DNA from: a virus
Lineage: Duplodnaviria > Caudoviricetes
Direction: 5' to 3' (one strand)
Virus record (IMG/VR): IMGVR_UViG_3300033143_002750
Coordinates: 1 to 38,667 of that record
DNA: 38,667 bases
Part shown: positions 1 through 10,400 of the stretch, piece after piece
Layout of the letters: the number at the start of each line of letters is the position of its first letter
Numbering within the stretch: the stretch's first letter is position 1
Translations under genes and position numbers: made by a program
Notes under the pieces: generated by a model
Told to the model about the DNA's origin: nothing
Database searches by the model: none
The model's input: only the letters and a program-made list of their open reading frames with translations

Positions 1-777
1 ATTCTGGAAGCCTTGCGTAAATAAATAATCATCTTCCATTATGGTCCCATCCTTAGTAACTAAATCTTCATAAGCAAAACTACCCGAGCTTGTAAAGCCA
101 CCGTACTTGTAAGAAATTCCATTCCACAATATTGCCTCATCTTTTCTCCATGTAATATTAAGAGGAACTTCTGGAAATGTTTCTTGATTTCTATAATTTC
201 TAATATAAGAACCTAATGCAGTACCTTCAGTTAAATCAAAAGTTTTAATTGCAGTACAATTTTCTAATACTTGCTTGGTAAAATTTTCTGAAGTTTGCGC
301 ATCAATAAAATTTTCATTTTGTGTTAATGCCCTATAATTATTAACAGCAGCTGGATCATCTAATCTAAAAATAACAAAAGCCGAAGGTATTTGTTCATTT
401 AACCAAAGCGGTGCCAATGTTCCTAAACTCTCAGGATAAGTTTCAGATGCAACTGATCTAGTCCCTGCACAATAAAACATCTCATACTGATTACCATAAT
501 TAGAAAGAACTGCTGTATTCTCATATTCTTGGAATACCTCATATGCAGCTTCTGCTGGGAATTTACCAAAATCAAAAAATCTAAAAACATCCTGGTCATA
601 GGTACTCGTACCATCAACTTTAAATGCTTTAAATTTCTGAGATGATAATCTAGTATTAGCACTAAATGATTCCAAGTAAATATTAGTACCATCAGATACT
701 ACTTTAACATTACCAGTTAATTTAGGATTTGTTCTAATTAAACTATATGACGCTTTATCAAGCAGTTGTTCAGCCAT
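1..777 (-). CDS. Large putative virion structural protein, N-terminal 259 aa only (runs off the window edge; absent from ORF track)
   Basis: ATG at 777 and frame read by hand is open to position 1 (MAEQLLDKASYSLIRTNPKLTGNVKVVSDG...LFTQGFQN); preceded by AATAAATA motif; follows other structural genes. Confidence 0.85.
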   Translation of the reverse strand, partial: MAEQLLDKASYSLIRTNPKLTGNVKVVSDGTNIYLESFSANTRLSSQKFKAFKVDGTSTYDQDVFRFFDFGKFPAEAAYEVFQEYENTAVLSNYGNQYEMFYCAGTRSVASETYPESLGTLAPLWLNEQIPSAFVIFRLDDPAAVNNYRALTQNENFIDAQTSENFTKQVLENCTAIKTFDLTEGTALGSYIRNYRNQETFPEVPLNITWRKDEAILWNGISYKYGGFTSSGSFAYEDLVTKDGTIMEDDYLFTQGFQN

Positions 778-815
778 TTATCTTTCACTTTTTTTATTTA
801 TTCACCAAAGATAAA
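777..815 (-). promoter_or_regulatory. Late-promoter-like motif (795-802) in the loop of a 9-bp inverted repeat that includes the A of the start codon
   Basis: Minus strand TTTATCTTT-ggtgAATAAATAaaaaaaagtg-AAAGATAAA-TG. Confidence 0.55.
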
Positions 816-836
816 GTTAAAAATAAACTAAGACTG

Positions 837-3800
837 TTACTGAGTTAACGGTCCGAACCCTCCGTCTACATTAGTAAGAGCAATTGATCTTTGAACCTGA
901 GTCTGATTTAAAGAAGGTCTTAATCCTGCAACAACCTTTTCTAAATCAACCAAGCTTTTAGTTACTGTTGCTTTAGGGAAATTATCAATACTTAATCTAT
1001 CCGATCTGTACTTAGCAGAAATTTCAATATCAAATTGTACTGTATCAGAATTTTGAGGATTTAAATCAAAACCTATTCTCTTAGCATAAGTTAAATTAAC
1101 TGTTGATCCAGTAGGATCCCCTCCAATATTACCTAAGCCTGTACCCGTTGTTACACCAAAGTAATCTGTCATTCTATATTGAAAGACTAAAGGTATGCTT
1201 ACTTCATTTTGTTGACCAAAAGGAACAGGTTTTCTAGACTGATTTGCATCGCCATCAACTTGAATATTTTCATGATTATCAGATGATATAAATAAGTATG
1301 ATCCGCACGTTTGCTTTCCTATTAAGAATTGATCAAATCCATCAAATGATGTTTTTGTATTTCTAGAATATCCACCAGGTAATGCTGCAATAGCAGGTAT
1401 ATTATTTAATGACGGGCTAGCTTGTAGAGCTTGTCCTGTAGCAAAGTTAACTATTGGAGAATATGTTGCAGCAAATGTAGTCAAATCAGTAACATTTTCA
1501 TTTAAATAAATATTCTGCTGTAAACCTTTAGATTCAGTAGATTTTAATGGAGCAAATTTAGAATTTCTAAACAAAACTGCACCAGTGCCATTACCTGCAG
1601 CCGAGCAATCAATACCTGCAGCCGGCAATGGATCAGGTAAAGTAGTTATATCTCCAGTTAAAGCTATATAAGCATCTCTATATGCTGTATAATTAGTTAA
1701 GTACGGGTGGGCAATTGAAACTGTTACTACATCAGAATTACCACCTGGAAAGTTTGGTGCTGTTGTAGGCAAACCATTAGTGTCAAACCCACCACCCCAA
1801 ATAAACTCGGTCGTAGGACTACTAACACCAGTGTTATTAAGGCCATTATAAAAGTTTTCAGCTGTATCTAAATTAATAGTAAAATCTCCATCTGGGTTTT
1901 CATAATTATAAAAAGTATTATCATTAGATACATCACTAAATCTACTGTAAATAAATTGACCTCTATTCTGAGTTGATTGGAAAGGTGGTAACGAAACCAT
2001 CTGTCCGTATTTTGTAGTTGCAGTTACATCCGGGTTTGTCAATAAAATTGGAGTAAGATCATATTTTCTAACCGTATTATAATCGGAATCATCTGTTCTA
2101 TATGTAGCCCTACCGTTTGATTGGTTTGCTGCACTGTTATCTAACCATGAATATGTTGCAGGTAAAATAGTAGCCCCACTATCAATTGCACCAACATTAA
2201 TAGGTACAGCAGAATATGAAGCAGGATTTTCGGATTGTTTTACCATTCTTTTTCTACTACCTGCAACTCTTGAAACTAACTGTAATGTAGTTTGTGAGCG
2301 GTTTCCAATTTGAATAAAATAAGTCTTGGATACAACTGCACCTCTAGGATCATCAAGACCTTTAACTTCTTGTCCATAAAATCCAGCAAATATTTTAGTT
2401 ACTGAATTTCTTCTTAATGGGTAAGTATTTCCAGCATCATCAACTAACACGGTAGTTAATTCACCTTGTGCATCACTTAATATTTCAGCAAACAAGTCTA
2501 ATTGATTTTGCATTTCATTTAACTTAGTAAATAAATCAATCGGTGTTTGGTTTTCTGATAAAAAGCCGGATGCAATAACTGGAGTAGAATGAGCAAAATA
2601 AGTTTCATTAGCAGTAAAAGAACTACTTAAATGAGTATTAATTCCTTTGGCTTCTAAATCTTCTTCTAATGCGACCTTTGCTAAATCTTCTTGGTTCTGA
2701 GCTAATATAGATTCAAGAGAACTATCCGAACTTAAGTTTGCTGGAAATTCAACTCTAATTGCTGGACTCCATTCACTCTCTAATGGATTAGATGGCCAAC
2801 CTGCTTCGGATATTGATTTAACTTGTATTTCTACTTGTTCACCTTTTCTAATTGGAATATCCAATTGATTAATATTAACTGAGTCTGCATTATCATCATC
2901 AATAGGTGTCCATTCATATAAGCCAGTTATAGAATTTTTTGTTCTTGGTCTTAATACACTATCTACAATTATATAATTTGAAAATGCACCTTGGCTTGTT
3001 CCACTACCATCAGTAAATGCAAATTGGTCAACTGGGTTTGCTGCACCATCAGCAGAAAGATATCTGTAGCGATATTTAAATTTAACAATATCTTGTAAGC
3101 CTGTATCAGGAGCAGATTTTTCTTCAGGCATTGCCCAAAAACCTCTTACTCTATATTTAGGTGTTATACTACTAACAGAATTATCTGATGCAAAAGAATC
3201 TATTTCAGTAACAACAGATGCATACAGTTTAGCTTGTGATGCTCTCTCAGTTATAAGACCTTGTAAAGCATTCTTATCAGCATCTCTCTCAACCTCAGTT
3301 TTATAATTGGTTGTTTGTATCTTAGTTCTACTTTGTGCTATAGCCACATCCAATTCAGATAATGTAGATTGGATAGTATTTTTTTGATTATTTAAATCTT
3401 TAAGCTGAACTATAGCATCAGAATTACTAATTTGTCCATTTATTAAAGTTACAGAAAAATCATCAGAATTTAAAACTGGAGCATTTGGAGTTAGACCTTC
3501 TCTACTTGTTGGAATCTTATCCTCTGCAAATGATAAAAGATACCTACCAAAGTCAACTGCATTTTGCTGGTAATAATCTGCTAATGTTTGTTGTGTACCT
3601 GCTGCATTAATAGTAGTCAAATCATTAGTATAAAAACCACTACCTGGAGACCAGTTAACTGAAGGTATTTTTGAATCTGGATCAATAGGTTTAATAAATG
3701 TAACACATCTTTCATTAAAACCAACAGTAACTTGGACTTCAACTAAATCATTTAAGTTTGATCCTATTTTTAAAACATCGGCTCCAATTGTAATTGGTTT

Positions 3801-4688
3801 AGATCCTTCTTGTAATCTTACTATAACTGAGTTAGTACTTGAATCAATTTGTGTTACAGTATATCTTGTATCAACAGGGTCTGAAATAACTTCTAAACTA
3901 TCACCAACCTTTAATTGAACCGTATCTGCAAAATCGGCCTCAGAATCAGTATAAAAAATCTTATTAAGTTTATAAAGTTTTTGTACAGTTGTTTGCTCAA
4001 CTCCATTTACTGTTTCTGTTACAGACTCTTCCCCTATTCTTATTACACTAAAGTTACCAGAAAATCTTTTTTCTCTAGGAGGCAAATCAACTACGGCTTC
4101 ATCTAATACATAAGAGATATTCTTTTCAACAATCTCTTGTAAAAAATCATCATAATCAATTTCAGAACTTCCGTTATATCTGTTTTCAAAAAAGTTTATT
4201 TTACTTTGTGTATTTGTGTCTAAAATAAATCTTTGAATTATTGCTCTTTCAGTATCAATAGGAACTTGGCCAGTAAGATCAAATGAAACATAAAGCAAAG
4301 GATTAATTAATTCTTCAAAAAACCAATTAGGCTTAATGTCAAATTCACTAATAGAATTTAAAGCAGTTAAATCATTTGCTTCTGTAGGTAACTTTGCTAA
4401 AACTAATTTTCTAAATGTACCATCAGGTAATCTTATAGAGCTATTAGAGTCATTAAAATTTGTAATAGTATTAATGTTACTATTTAATCTATCAACTGAA
4501 TTCTTTAAAAAGCCAAAGCTTGGAATAGTAATCCTAGAATTAGTTCCATCATTATTTTGTATATTAACAGTAACCGACTCTCGGCTTGATGTAATAGCTT
4601 GATTCACTTTCTCAAAGCTCTCTAGCGAATTGTTAAACAGTCTTAACAGTTCTGGGAGTAAAGTTTGTATCGAATTATTTTCAGCCAT
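837..4688 (-). CDS. Large putative virion structural protein with coiled coils and an FN3/Ig-like segment
   Basis: 1283-aa ORF; heptad stretch LKDLNNQKNTIQSTLSELDVAIAQ; FN3-like EIQVKSISEAG...SEWS; T/S/N/G-rich; late motif at 4709-4716. Confidence 0.7.
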   Translation of the reverse strand: MAENNSIQTLLPELLRLFNNSLESFEKVNQAITSSRESVTVNIQNNDGTNSRITIPSFGFLKNSVDRLNSNINTITNFNDSNSSIRLPDGTFRKLVLAKLPTEANDLTALNSISEFDIKPNWFFEELINPLLYVSFDLTGQVPIDTERAIIQRFILDTNTQSKINFFENRYNGSSEIDYDDFLQEIVEKNISYVLDEAVVDLPPREKRFSGNFSVIRIGEESVTETVNGVEQTTVQKLYKLNKIFYTDSEADFADTVQLKVGDSLEVISDPVDTRYTVTQIDSSTNSVIVRLQEGSKPITIGADVLKIGSNLNDLVEVQVTVGFNERCVTFIKPIDPDSKIPSVNWSPGSGFYTNDLTTINAAGTQQTLADYYQQNAVDFGRYLLSFAEDKIPTSREGLTPNAPVLNSDDFSVTLINGQISNSDAIVQLKDLNNQKNTIQSTLSELDVAIAQSRTKIQTTNYKTEVERDADKNALQGLITERASQAKLYASVVTEIDSFASDNSVSSITPKYRVRGFWAMPEEKSAPDTGLQDIVKFKYRYRYLSADGAANPVDQFAFTDGSGTSQGAFSNYIIVDSVLRPRTKNSITGLYEWTPIDDDNADSVNINQLDIPIRKGEQVEIQVKSISEAGWPSNPLESEWSPAIRVEFPANLSSDSSLESILAQNQEDLAKVALEEDLEAKGINTHLSSSFTANETYFAHSTPVIASGFLSENQTPIDLFTKLNEMQNQLDLFAEILSDAQGELTTVLVDDAGNTYPLRRNSVTKIFAGFYGQEVKGLDDPRGAVVSKTYFIQIGNRSQTTLQLVSRVAGSRKRMVKQSENPASYSAVPINVGAIDSGATILPATYSWLDNSAANQSNGRATYRTDDSDYNTVRKYDLTPILLTNPDVTATTKYGQMVSLPPFQSTQNRGQFIYSRFSDVSNDNTFYNYENPDGDFTINLDTAENFYNGLNNTGVSSPTTEFIWGGGFDTNGLPTTAPNFPGGNSDVVTVSIAHPYLTNYTAYRDAYIALTGDITTLPDPLPAAGIDCSAAGNGTGAVLFRNSKFAPLKSTESKGLQQNIYLNENVTDLTTFAATYSPIVNFATGQALQASPSLNNIPAIAALPGGYSRNTKTSFDGFDQFLIGKQTCGSYLFISSDNHENIQVDGDANQSRKPVPFGQQNEVSIPLVFQYRMTDYFGVTTGTGLGNIGGDPTGSTVNLTYAKRIGFDLNPQNSDTVQFDIEISAKYRSDRLSIDNFPKATVTKSLVDLEKVVAGLRPSLNQTQVQRSIALTNVDGGFGPLTQ

Positions 4689-4708
4689 TATCTAGGTTTC
4701 AATTTTAT

Positions 4709-4716
4709 TATTTATT
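4709..4716 (-). promoter_or_regulatory. Late-promoter-like motif AATAAATA overlapping upstream stop codon
   Basis: Minus strand AAATAAATAATAAAA, 20 nt before ATG at 4688. Confidence 0.55.
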
Positions 4717-6826
4717 TGACTATATCGTAAGTGAAATTTAACACACCTTGTTCTAAACAGATTAAATCAATAATCGGTAAGGTGCTTAAATCAGCATTAG
4801 GAATAGTTGCAGCCAATCTACCATAAGAGCCATTATTTAATCGGCTCGGTGAATCGGTATATATTCTTATATTTCTGGATCCCATAAGAGGAGCATTATT
4901 AAATGTTAATCTAACAGTTTGTCCAGTTCTCCATTGGATATCTGTATCATCAATGAATATTTCTAAATCACCACCTGCTTGATTAATCGTATCTAATCTA
5001 AGCATATTTGTAAATGTTTGTAATTCTACAAATGCTCTTGGGTCAACTACATTTAGATTTAAAGGATTAGTTGCATCTATAGCTAAATCACTAGAATCAA
5101 CTGGTGCCATAAATCTATATTCTTGTACAACATTCTCAATATGAATTTGGTTTGGTGTATTTGTATTTACTGAGATCCCGTTACCTTGTCTAACCACTTC
5201 CGTATTATATTGTAATGTTTGAGAAACATCGCCATTTGCCAACATTTGAATTTCATCAGCATTCTTGGCAATCAAATCCAATAATGTAGTACTGCTTGCA
5301 AATGCTAATGAAGCATTATCTAATTGTGTTTGTAAATTATTAATTTGGCTTTGTAAAAATGCAGATGTACTAACAGAGTTTAAAGTATTTTCTACTGCTG
5401 CTAATCTGAGTTCAAGATTAGCTATTTCTATTTGCTGTCTTTGGAATATTTGAGCAGATGATTGCAATTGAGCAGATGCATCTGAGAATAATCCCATAGA
5501 GAAAGTATTATAATCATTTACTATTGTGTCAATCCCAGCTGTACCAGGAGAAGCATCAAATCTTAAATTAATTTTAAACCCATAGCTATTACCGTTTTGC
5601 CCAGTCGTAAGATTAGGTTTAAACTTTGGATATCTTTGAATGTAACCTCCATCAGTTGTAGGAGTAATATTATCCAATAATAAAAGTCCATAAAGATTGG
5701 TTGTAGTATTATCACTATTACTTAAATCAACCATATCATAATAAACCAGCACTGCATTAAATTCAAAAGACTCAGCTAAGTCAATTCCATTAAATTGTGG
5801 AATAGTACTTATAGTTGAATCAGTAGCAATCTGCTGATAGTCATTAGGATTAAAATCAATACTAATTCCATCTAATTCACTTCTTACATAAGCAGAACCA
5901 GAATAACCTGGAGGGTTATTATAATCAGCAGGATATTTTCTAATATTAGCATTCAATACACTTGTAAAAGTTGTAGGCTCAGTAAAGTAAGCATCAACTG
6001 TAGACGGAGGAGTTGTTTCATCCATCCAATTTGCATTAGGATCTGTATAACCTGCTGGACCAGGACCTTGTAAAGGTTGGTCATAATCATAGAATGCTGT
6101 AATATCTAATCCTTGTGGATGTATAGTTGCAGCATTACGGCCTAAAATAAATTCATCTTTACCTTGAATCTTAAGGTTAGGTTGATAGTTTGCATCAGAG
6201 ATAGATTCAAAGAGGATTGTAGGCGTTCTACCCACTTCCGTTGGTACATTAATATATAATTCTGTATAAGCTTCTCCGGCTTTATCTACATTATTTACAA
6301 TATCAATTTCACCAATATATCTGACTACTCTTCTGTACTGTCGAGTACCTGAGGTTATTTCATCTTCCTCAACAAATCTTGGAGAAGTTAAACCACTAAC
6401 TTGCTCTAAAGCATTAGCTTCACGGAACCTCATAGCTCCAGTTTCCTTTAACCACTTAAAGAATACTCTTTCCGTTACAGATAGGTTTGTAGTGTTATCA
6501 TAATTAACATCACTAATAATTAATTCTTCTAAATTTAGCGCATAATTCTGAAGACTTTCAGTAAAGTTAACATTAGGATCACCTTTTAAACCGCCGCTCC
6601 ATATAGCACCATCAATAGTATCAAACTGCATATAGTTTTCATACTGACTAAATGTTGTTGGATCTAATCTATCAAAATCTGGTAGATTAAGAAGCACAAA
6701 CTTTGAAAAGACTAATTTAAGATCATCATTATTGAGAGTCCTAGATAAGTCTTTTGCTGCTGATGAGAACGTGTAAAAAGTTCCACCATCTGCCTGGGGT
6801 GTCTTTATTAAGGGCGTTGTTGCCAT
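4712..6826 (-). CDS. Putative virion structural protein with central coiled coil and beta-rich C-terminus
   Basis: 704-aa ORF; coiled coil QQIEIANLELRLAAVENTLN...LQSQINNLQTQLDN; baseplate gene context. Confidence 0.65.
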   Translation of the reverse strand: MATTPLIKTPQADGGTFYTFSSAAKDLSRTLNNDDLKLVFSKFVLLNLPDFDRLDPTTFSQYENYMQFDTIDGAIWSGGLKGDPNVNFTESLQNYALNLEELIISDVNYDNTTNLSVTERVFFKWLKETGAMRFREANALEQVSGLTSPRFVEEDEITSGTRQYRRVVRYIGEIDIVNNVDKAGEAYTELYINVPTEVGRTPTILFESISDANYQPNLKIQGKDEFILGRNAATIHPQGLDITAFYDYDQPLQGPGPAGYTDPNANWMDETTPPSTVDAYFTEPTTFTSVLNANIRKYPADYNNPPGYSGSAYVRSELDGISIDFNPNDYQQIATDSTISTIPQFNGIDLAESFEFNAVLVYYDMVDLSNSDNTTTNLYGLLLLDNITPTTDGGYIQRYPKFKPNLTTGQNGNSYGFKINLRFDASPGTAGIDTIVNDYNTFSMGLFSDASAQLQSSAQIFQRQQIEIANLELRLAAVENTLNSVSTSAFLQSQINNLQTQLDNASLAFASSTTLLDLIAKNADEIQMLANGDVSQTLQYNTEVVRQGNGISVNTNTPNQIHIENVVQEYRFMAPVDSSDLAIDATNPLNLNVVDPRAFVELQTFTNMLRLDTINQAGGDLEIFIDDTDIQWRTGQTVRLTFNNAPLMGSRNIRIYTDSPSRLNNGSYGRLAATIPNADLSTLPIIDLICLEQGVLNFTYDIVK

Positions 6827-6848
6827 GTATATTCTTTATCTTTAATTA

Positions 6849-7496
6849 TTAACTTGTTGTATATCCTGTACCACCTGCAATATACCAAACACCAACACCT
6901 GATCCGTTGTCAACGCATAGTAAGTGTACAGTTTGTCCTATACCATTTAAGTTAAGGTTTGTCTGTGCAGCACCAGGTAATACCATGTTATTTGATACAC
7001 CATTGATTGTTACTAATCCACTTCCTGTAGTATACACAAAGAAAATTTCTTGTCCTATACTTCCATTAAACAATGATAATGTTAATGTGTTTGCTACATC
7101 TGAATTTCCGACTCTGTTAATTGTGTATGGAGGAATTGCTGTTGTAGTTCCTACGCTGATAGTAGCCGGCATTGCCTGGCCAGTATCATCTAAAGTAACT
7201 GGGTTAACATCATTTCTAAATACACCTGCACCAGACATATTTAAATTTCCTGTCATCTTAACATTGGTTAAAATATCAAATGTACTTGCATTTACATCTA
7301 ATAATATTGTACTCAATCCAACTCTTAATGCTTCAGTTGAAACATTTGCTAAATTAGTTATGGTACCAGCAGATGGTGCAAAGTAAACTTCCATTGCATT
7401 AATCTCACTGGAGAGAACATTAAAATTATCGTTAATTACAAGTCTTGATCCTGATAAAGAATCAGTTCCTAAAATTTCGGTTACGCTAATTGCCAT
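6849..7496 (-). CDS. Short fibre/baseplate appendage protein
   Basis: 215 aa; N-terminal DSLSGSRLVINDNFNVL resembles the D-x-R-x-IN-x-NF trimer/attachment motif of T4 gp9/gp10-like and fibre proteins; beta-rich G/T/V C-terminus. Confidence 0.55.
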   Translation of the reverse strand: MAISVTEILGTDSLSGSRLVINDNFNVLSSEINAMEVYFAPSAGTITNLANVSTEALRVGLSTILLDVNASTFDILTNVKMTGNLNMSGAGVFRNDVNPVTLDDTGQAMPATISVGTTTAIPPYTINRVGNSDVANTLTLSLFNGSIGQEIFFVYTTGSGLVTINGVSNNMVLPGAAQTNLNLNGIGQTVHLLCVDNGSGVGVWYIAGGTGYTTS

Positions 7497-7497
7497 T

Positions 7498-10400
7498 TTA
7501 TTTTATTTGTTTTATATTTAAGATATTTCTATCCTTTTTATATTTATTCCCATTACTATCGATAAGTTCTAATGTTATCACATACTTTCCTGGGTCTTTA
7601 AAAAGATATGTTAGATACTTACTGTTGAAATATATATCAGCCGCTGATGAGTTAGTAGTATTAGTGATGGTCCATTTAGGTTCATCCTTCCCTACTATTC
7701 TACATTTGTCATATACAAACATAGCCCATGTCATTGGAGGTAATACTTTTCCGTCATTAATAAACTTAGCAGTATTCCAAGTTGGGTTATTAGAAATACT
7801 TTGACTACTTTTATAAATTCTACTTAAACAATCAATGTTTCCACCAATTGGATTATCTTCAAATGGTATATATCCGGACAAGCCACCTGTAGCAAACATA
7901 CTATCTAAAATATCTGTATTAGGTTTTGCTAATAATGTTTGAATATATGTTGTATATAAAGAATGCCCTAATGGGTTTTGATCTTCTACATCAGTAGCAG
8001 TAATAGGAGTCCATTCCGGAGATAAAGATCCACCGCTTATATAAGGAGCAACAAATCCCCATTCAGAATAAATTAATAAGTATAAATACTCCCTCATTAA
8101 TAAGGCATTAAATTCATCATTACTTTCACCAGGTTGTTGTGTATATCCTGAGATATCAAAAACTCCATTATTAATTGCTTCTGACATTGCATTATAAGTT
8201 GGTCCGTATGGAGATGTTTGATTAAATACATTAGGATATGCACCAGGTAAACCGAATGTAGTTATAGTATGTAAAGCATGTTCTAATACTTCAGTTATTT
8301 TATCCTGTGGAGTAACACCATCTAATTCCCAAATAAAATCAACATTAGCATTATCATCATTAGTTTGATCCCAGCCAGCATAAGACTCTAACGGTGGAAA
8401 ATAAGCACCCATTCCTTCATATCCTATTCTCTGAATAGTTTTCTTAGATTGTAATGATTGCAATACTGCTGCTTGTTTATTATAATTAATATTAGGACCG
8501 TCAGGGTCTAATATCATTTCATATACTCGCGCTACCTTTTTTATAAATTCATCTGATACTTTTTCAGTACCACCTAATTCAGGTAACCCTAATAATGTAA
8601 CACCATTAATTGCCAATGATCTATCAAATGGAGGATATAAAACTGTTTCCTCTAATGGGCCACCAACATAATCAGTTGCATTCCCTGTACCATCAGCACA
8701 TATTCTAATTCCATCTACATCAACCATATCAACTGATGTGAAGTCTCCAAAGTGTCCATAATATCTAGCAACTGCTTGCACAAATATTTCACTACTGGCT
8801 GCATTCATTACTAAGTTATAAACATACTTATTTATAATAGGATTAGTACTTACATTTAAAATATCAACGGCATCACCTAAAGTAGTTACAGAAAAATCAA
8901 AGTATTCTTGGCCCGCTGTCCCATACCTATCTACAATTTTTAAATAACTATTTGGAACAACTGTACTGAATTGAAAAAATGCAGGAGTGTCACCTGTAGT
9001 AGCAGTCATATCCCACCATAAGTGAAAACCATTATCCCATGTACAACTTCTATCATTTAAATTCTTCCACTGATACGGTCCACTAAAACTAGCTTTACCT
9101 CCATCTTGAAAGTTTCTAATTTGAAAATCTGTATTAGTTCCTATTCCAAAATTATTAAGAATTGCATTAACTCTATCTAAAGATTCATATAAGCTTGGAG
9201 TTTCTTCATCCCATGTAACAGAAGGCTCTATAGGTAAATTCCACAATGAGCCATAATCATTCCATTTATATTTTCCTTCAGCATCCCATGTATAAGTAGA
9301 TTTTCTAGCTTGATACCATCCAGAATATTCAACCTCTTTTGAATCTACGCAAATTTCTTCCATCTTTACAATAGATGAAATGTTGTTATACATATCAAAT
9401 AGCTTCATCTCTACTGAATAGTCACCTACATAAGGTAACACTATAGGTAATGTATTATACTTTGCAATAGGTCCTCTTATTGTAAAAAAGTATGGTGGAG
9501 AAATGCCAGGAGTTTCATCTTTATAAACAGTCCATTCTATTTCTGCAATATTTCCATAATTAATACCATCCCATGTATATAAAGTTTCACCAGGCTGTTG
9601 AATAAATGTAAACTGCCCACCATTATTTGAATTTGCTAAAATAACAGAAGGTACAAATCGGTTTACATCATTACCATAACATCTTATTGCTGGTCCAATT
9701 ACATTGTCTATTTGAGACCAATCAAACCAGAGCCATGGGTCAGTCTGAGTATTTTTTAATAATACAATTTGATCATACAAAGAAGTGGTTATAGTTTGAA
9801 CAGTATCAGTTGCTAATACTGTATGTGATACACTACTTCCTGTAACTGAATCTGTTAATTGATAAATGTCACCTACATTAGGAGCCTGTATATTAAAATC
9901 AAAAGTAAAGAAATCATTTGCATTACTTAATTGATCCCATGTACTATTTACATTATCCCAAGTAATACCTGCTGTGCTTGTATTATTTAAAGTTATAATA
10001 GCGCCACTTGGAGCACCTGGTTTATCAGGTAATGATTTTGAAGATTCGCCTGGTACAAAGTCAGCTTGTGTTCTATCTAAATCTGGTGCATATCTTGCAA
10101 AATAAGCTAGAAATACGCCAGCGATATCTGACACAGTAACATTTTCCCCACTCTCTAATGCTCCTAATACACTGTTTGTATCTGGGCCTATTGGTGGAGG
10201 TGGTAAAACTTGTCCAGGTACATAATCAATAACCATGTTAGATCCGACTGCTTGTGTACCAGCCCTTAATGGATTAATATAAGCATTACATGATTCAATA
10301 ATAGCTTTCCCAACTATAGCACCTTCTTTTAAACAAAATTCATTAAAAATTCTAAGATCTTCTAAATAAGTACATGCTTTAGGATTAACTTCAAAGTCAG

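Noticed and set aside
423-692. 89-aa minus-strand ORF in the track
   Set aside because: Out-of-frame shadow inside the longer ORF starting at 777
7828-8700. Wedge-protein insertion as an intein (begins near Cys, CADGTG)
   Set aside because: No TxxH block, no terminal His-Asn before Cys/Ser/Thr, no LAGLIDADG motifs
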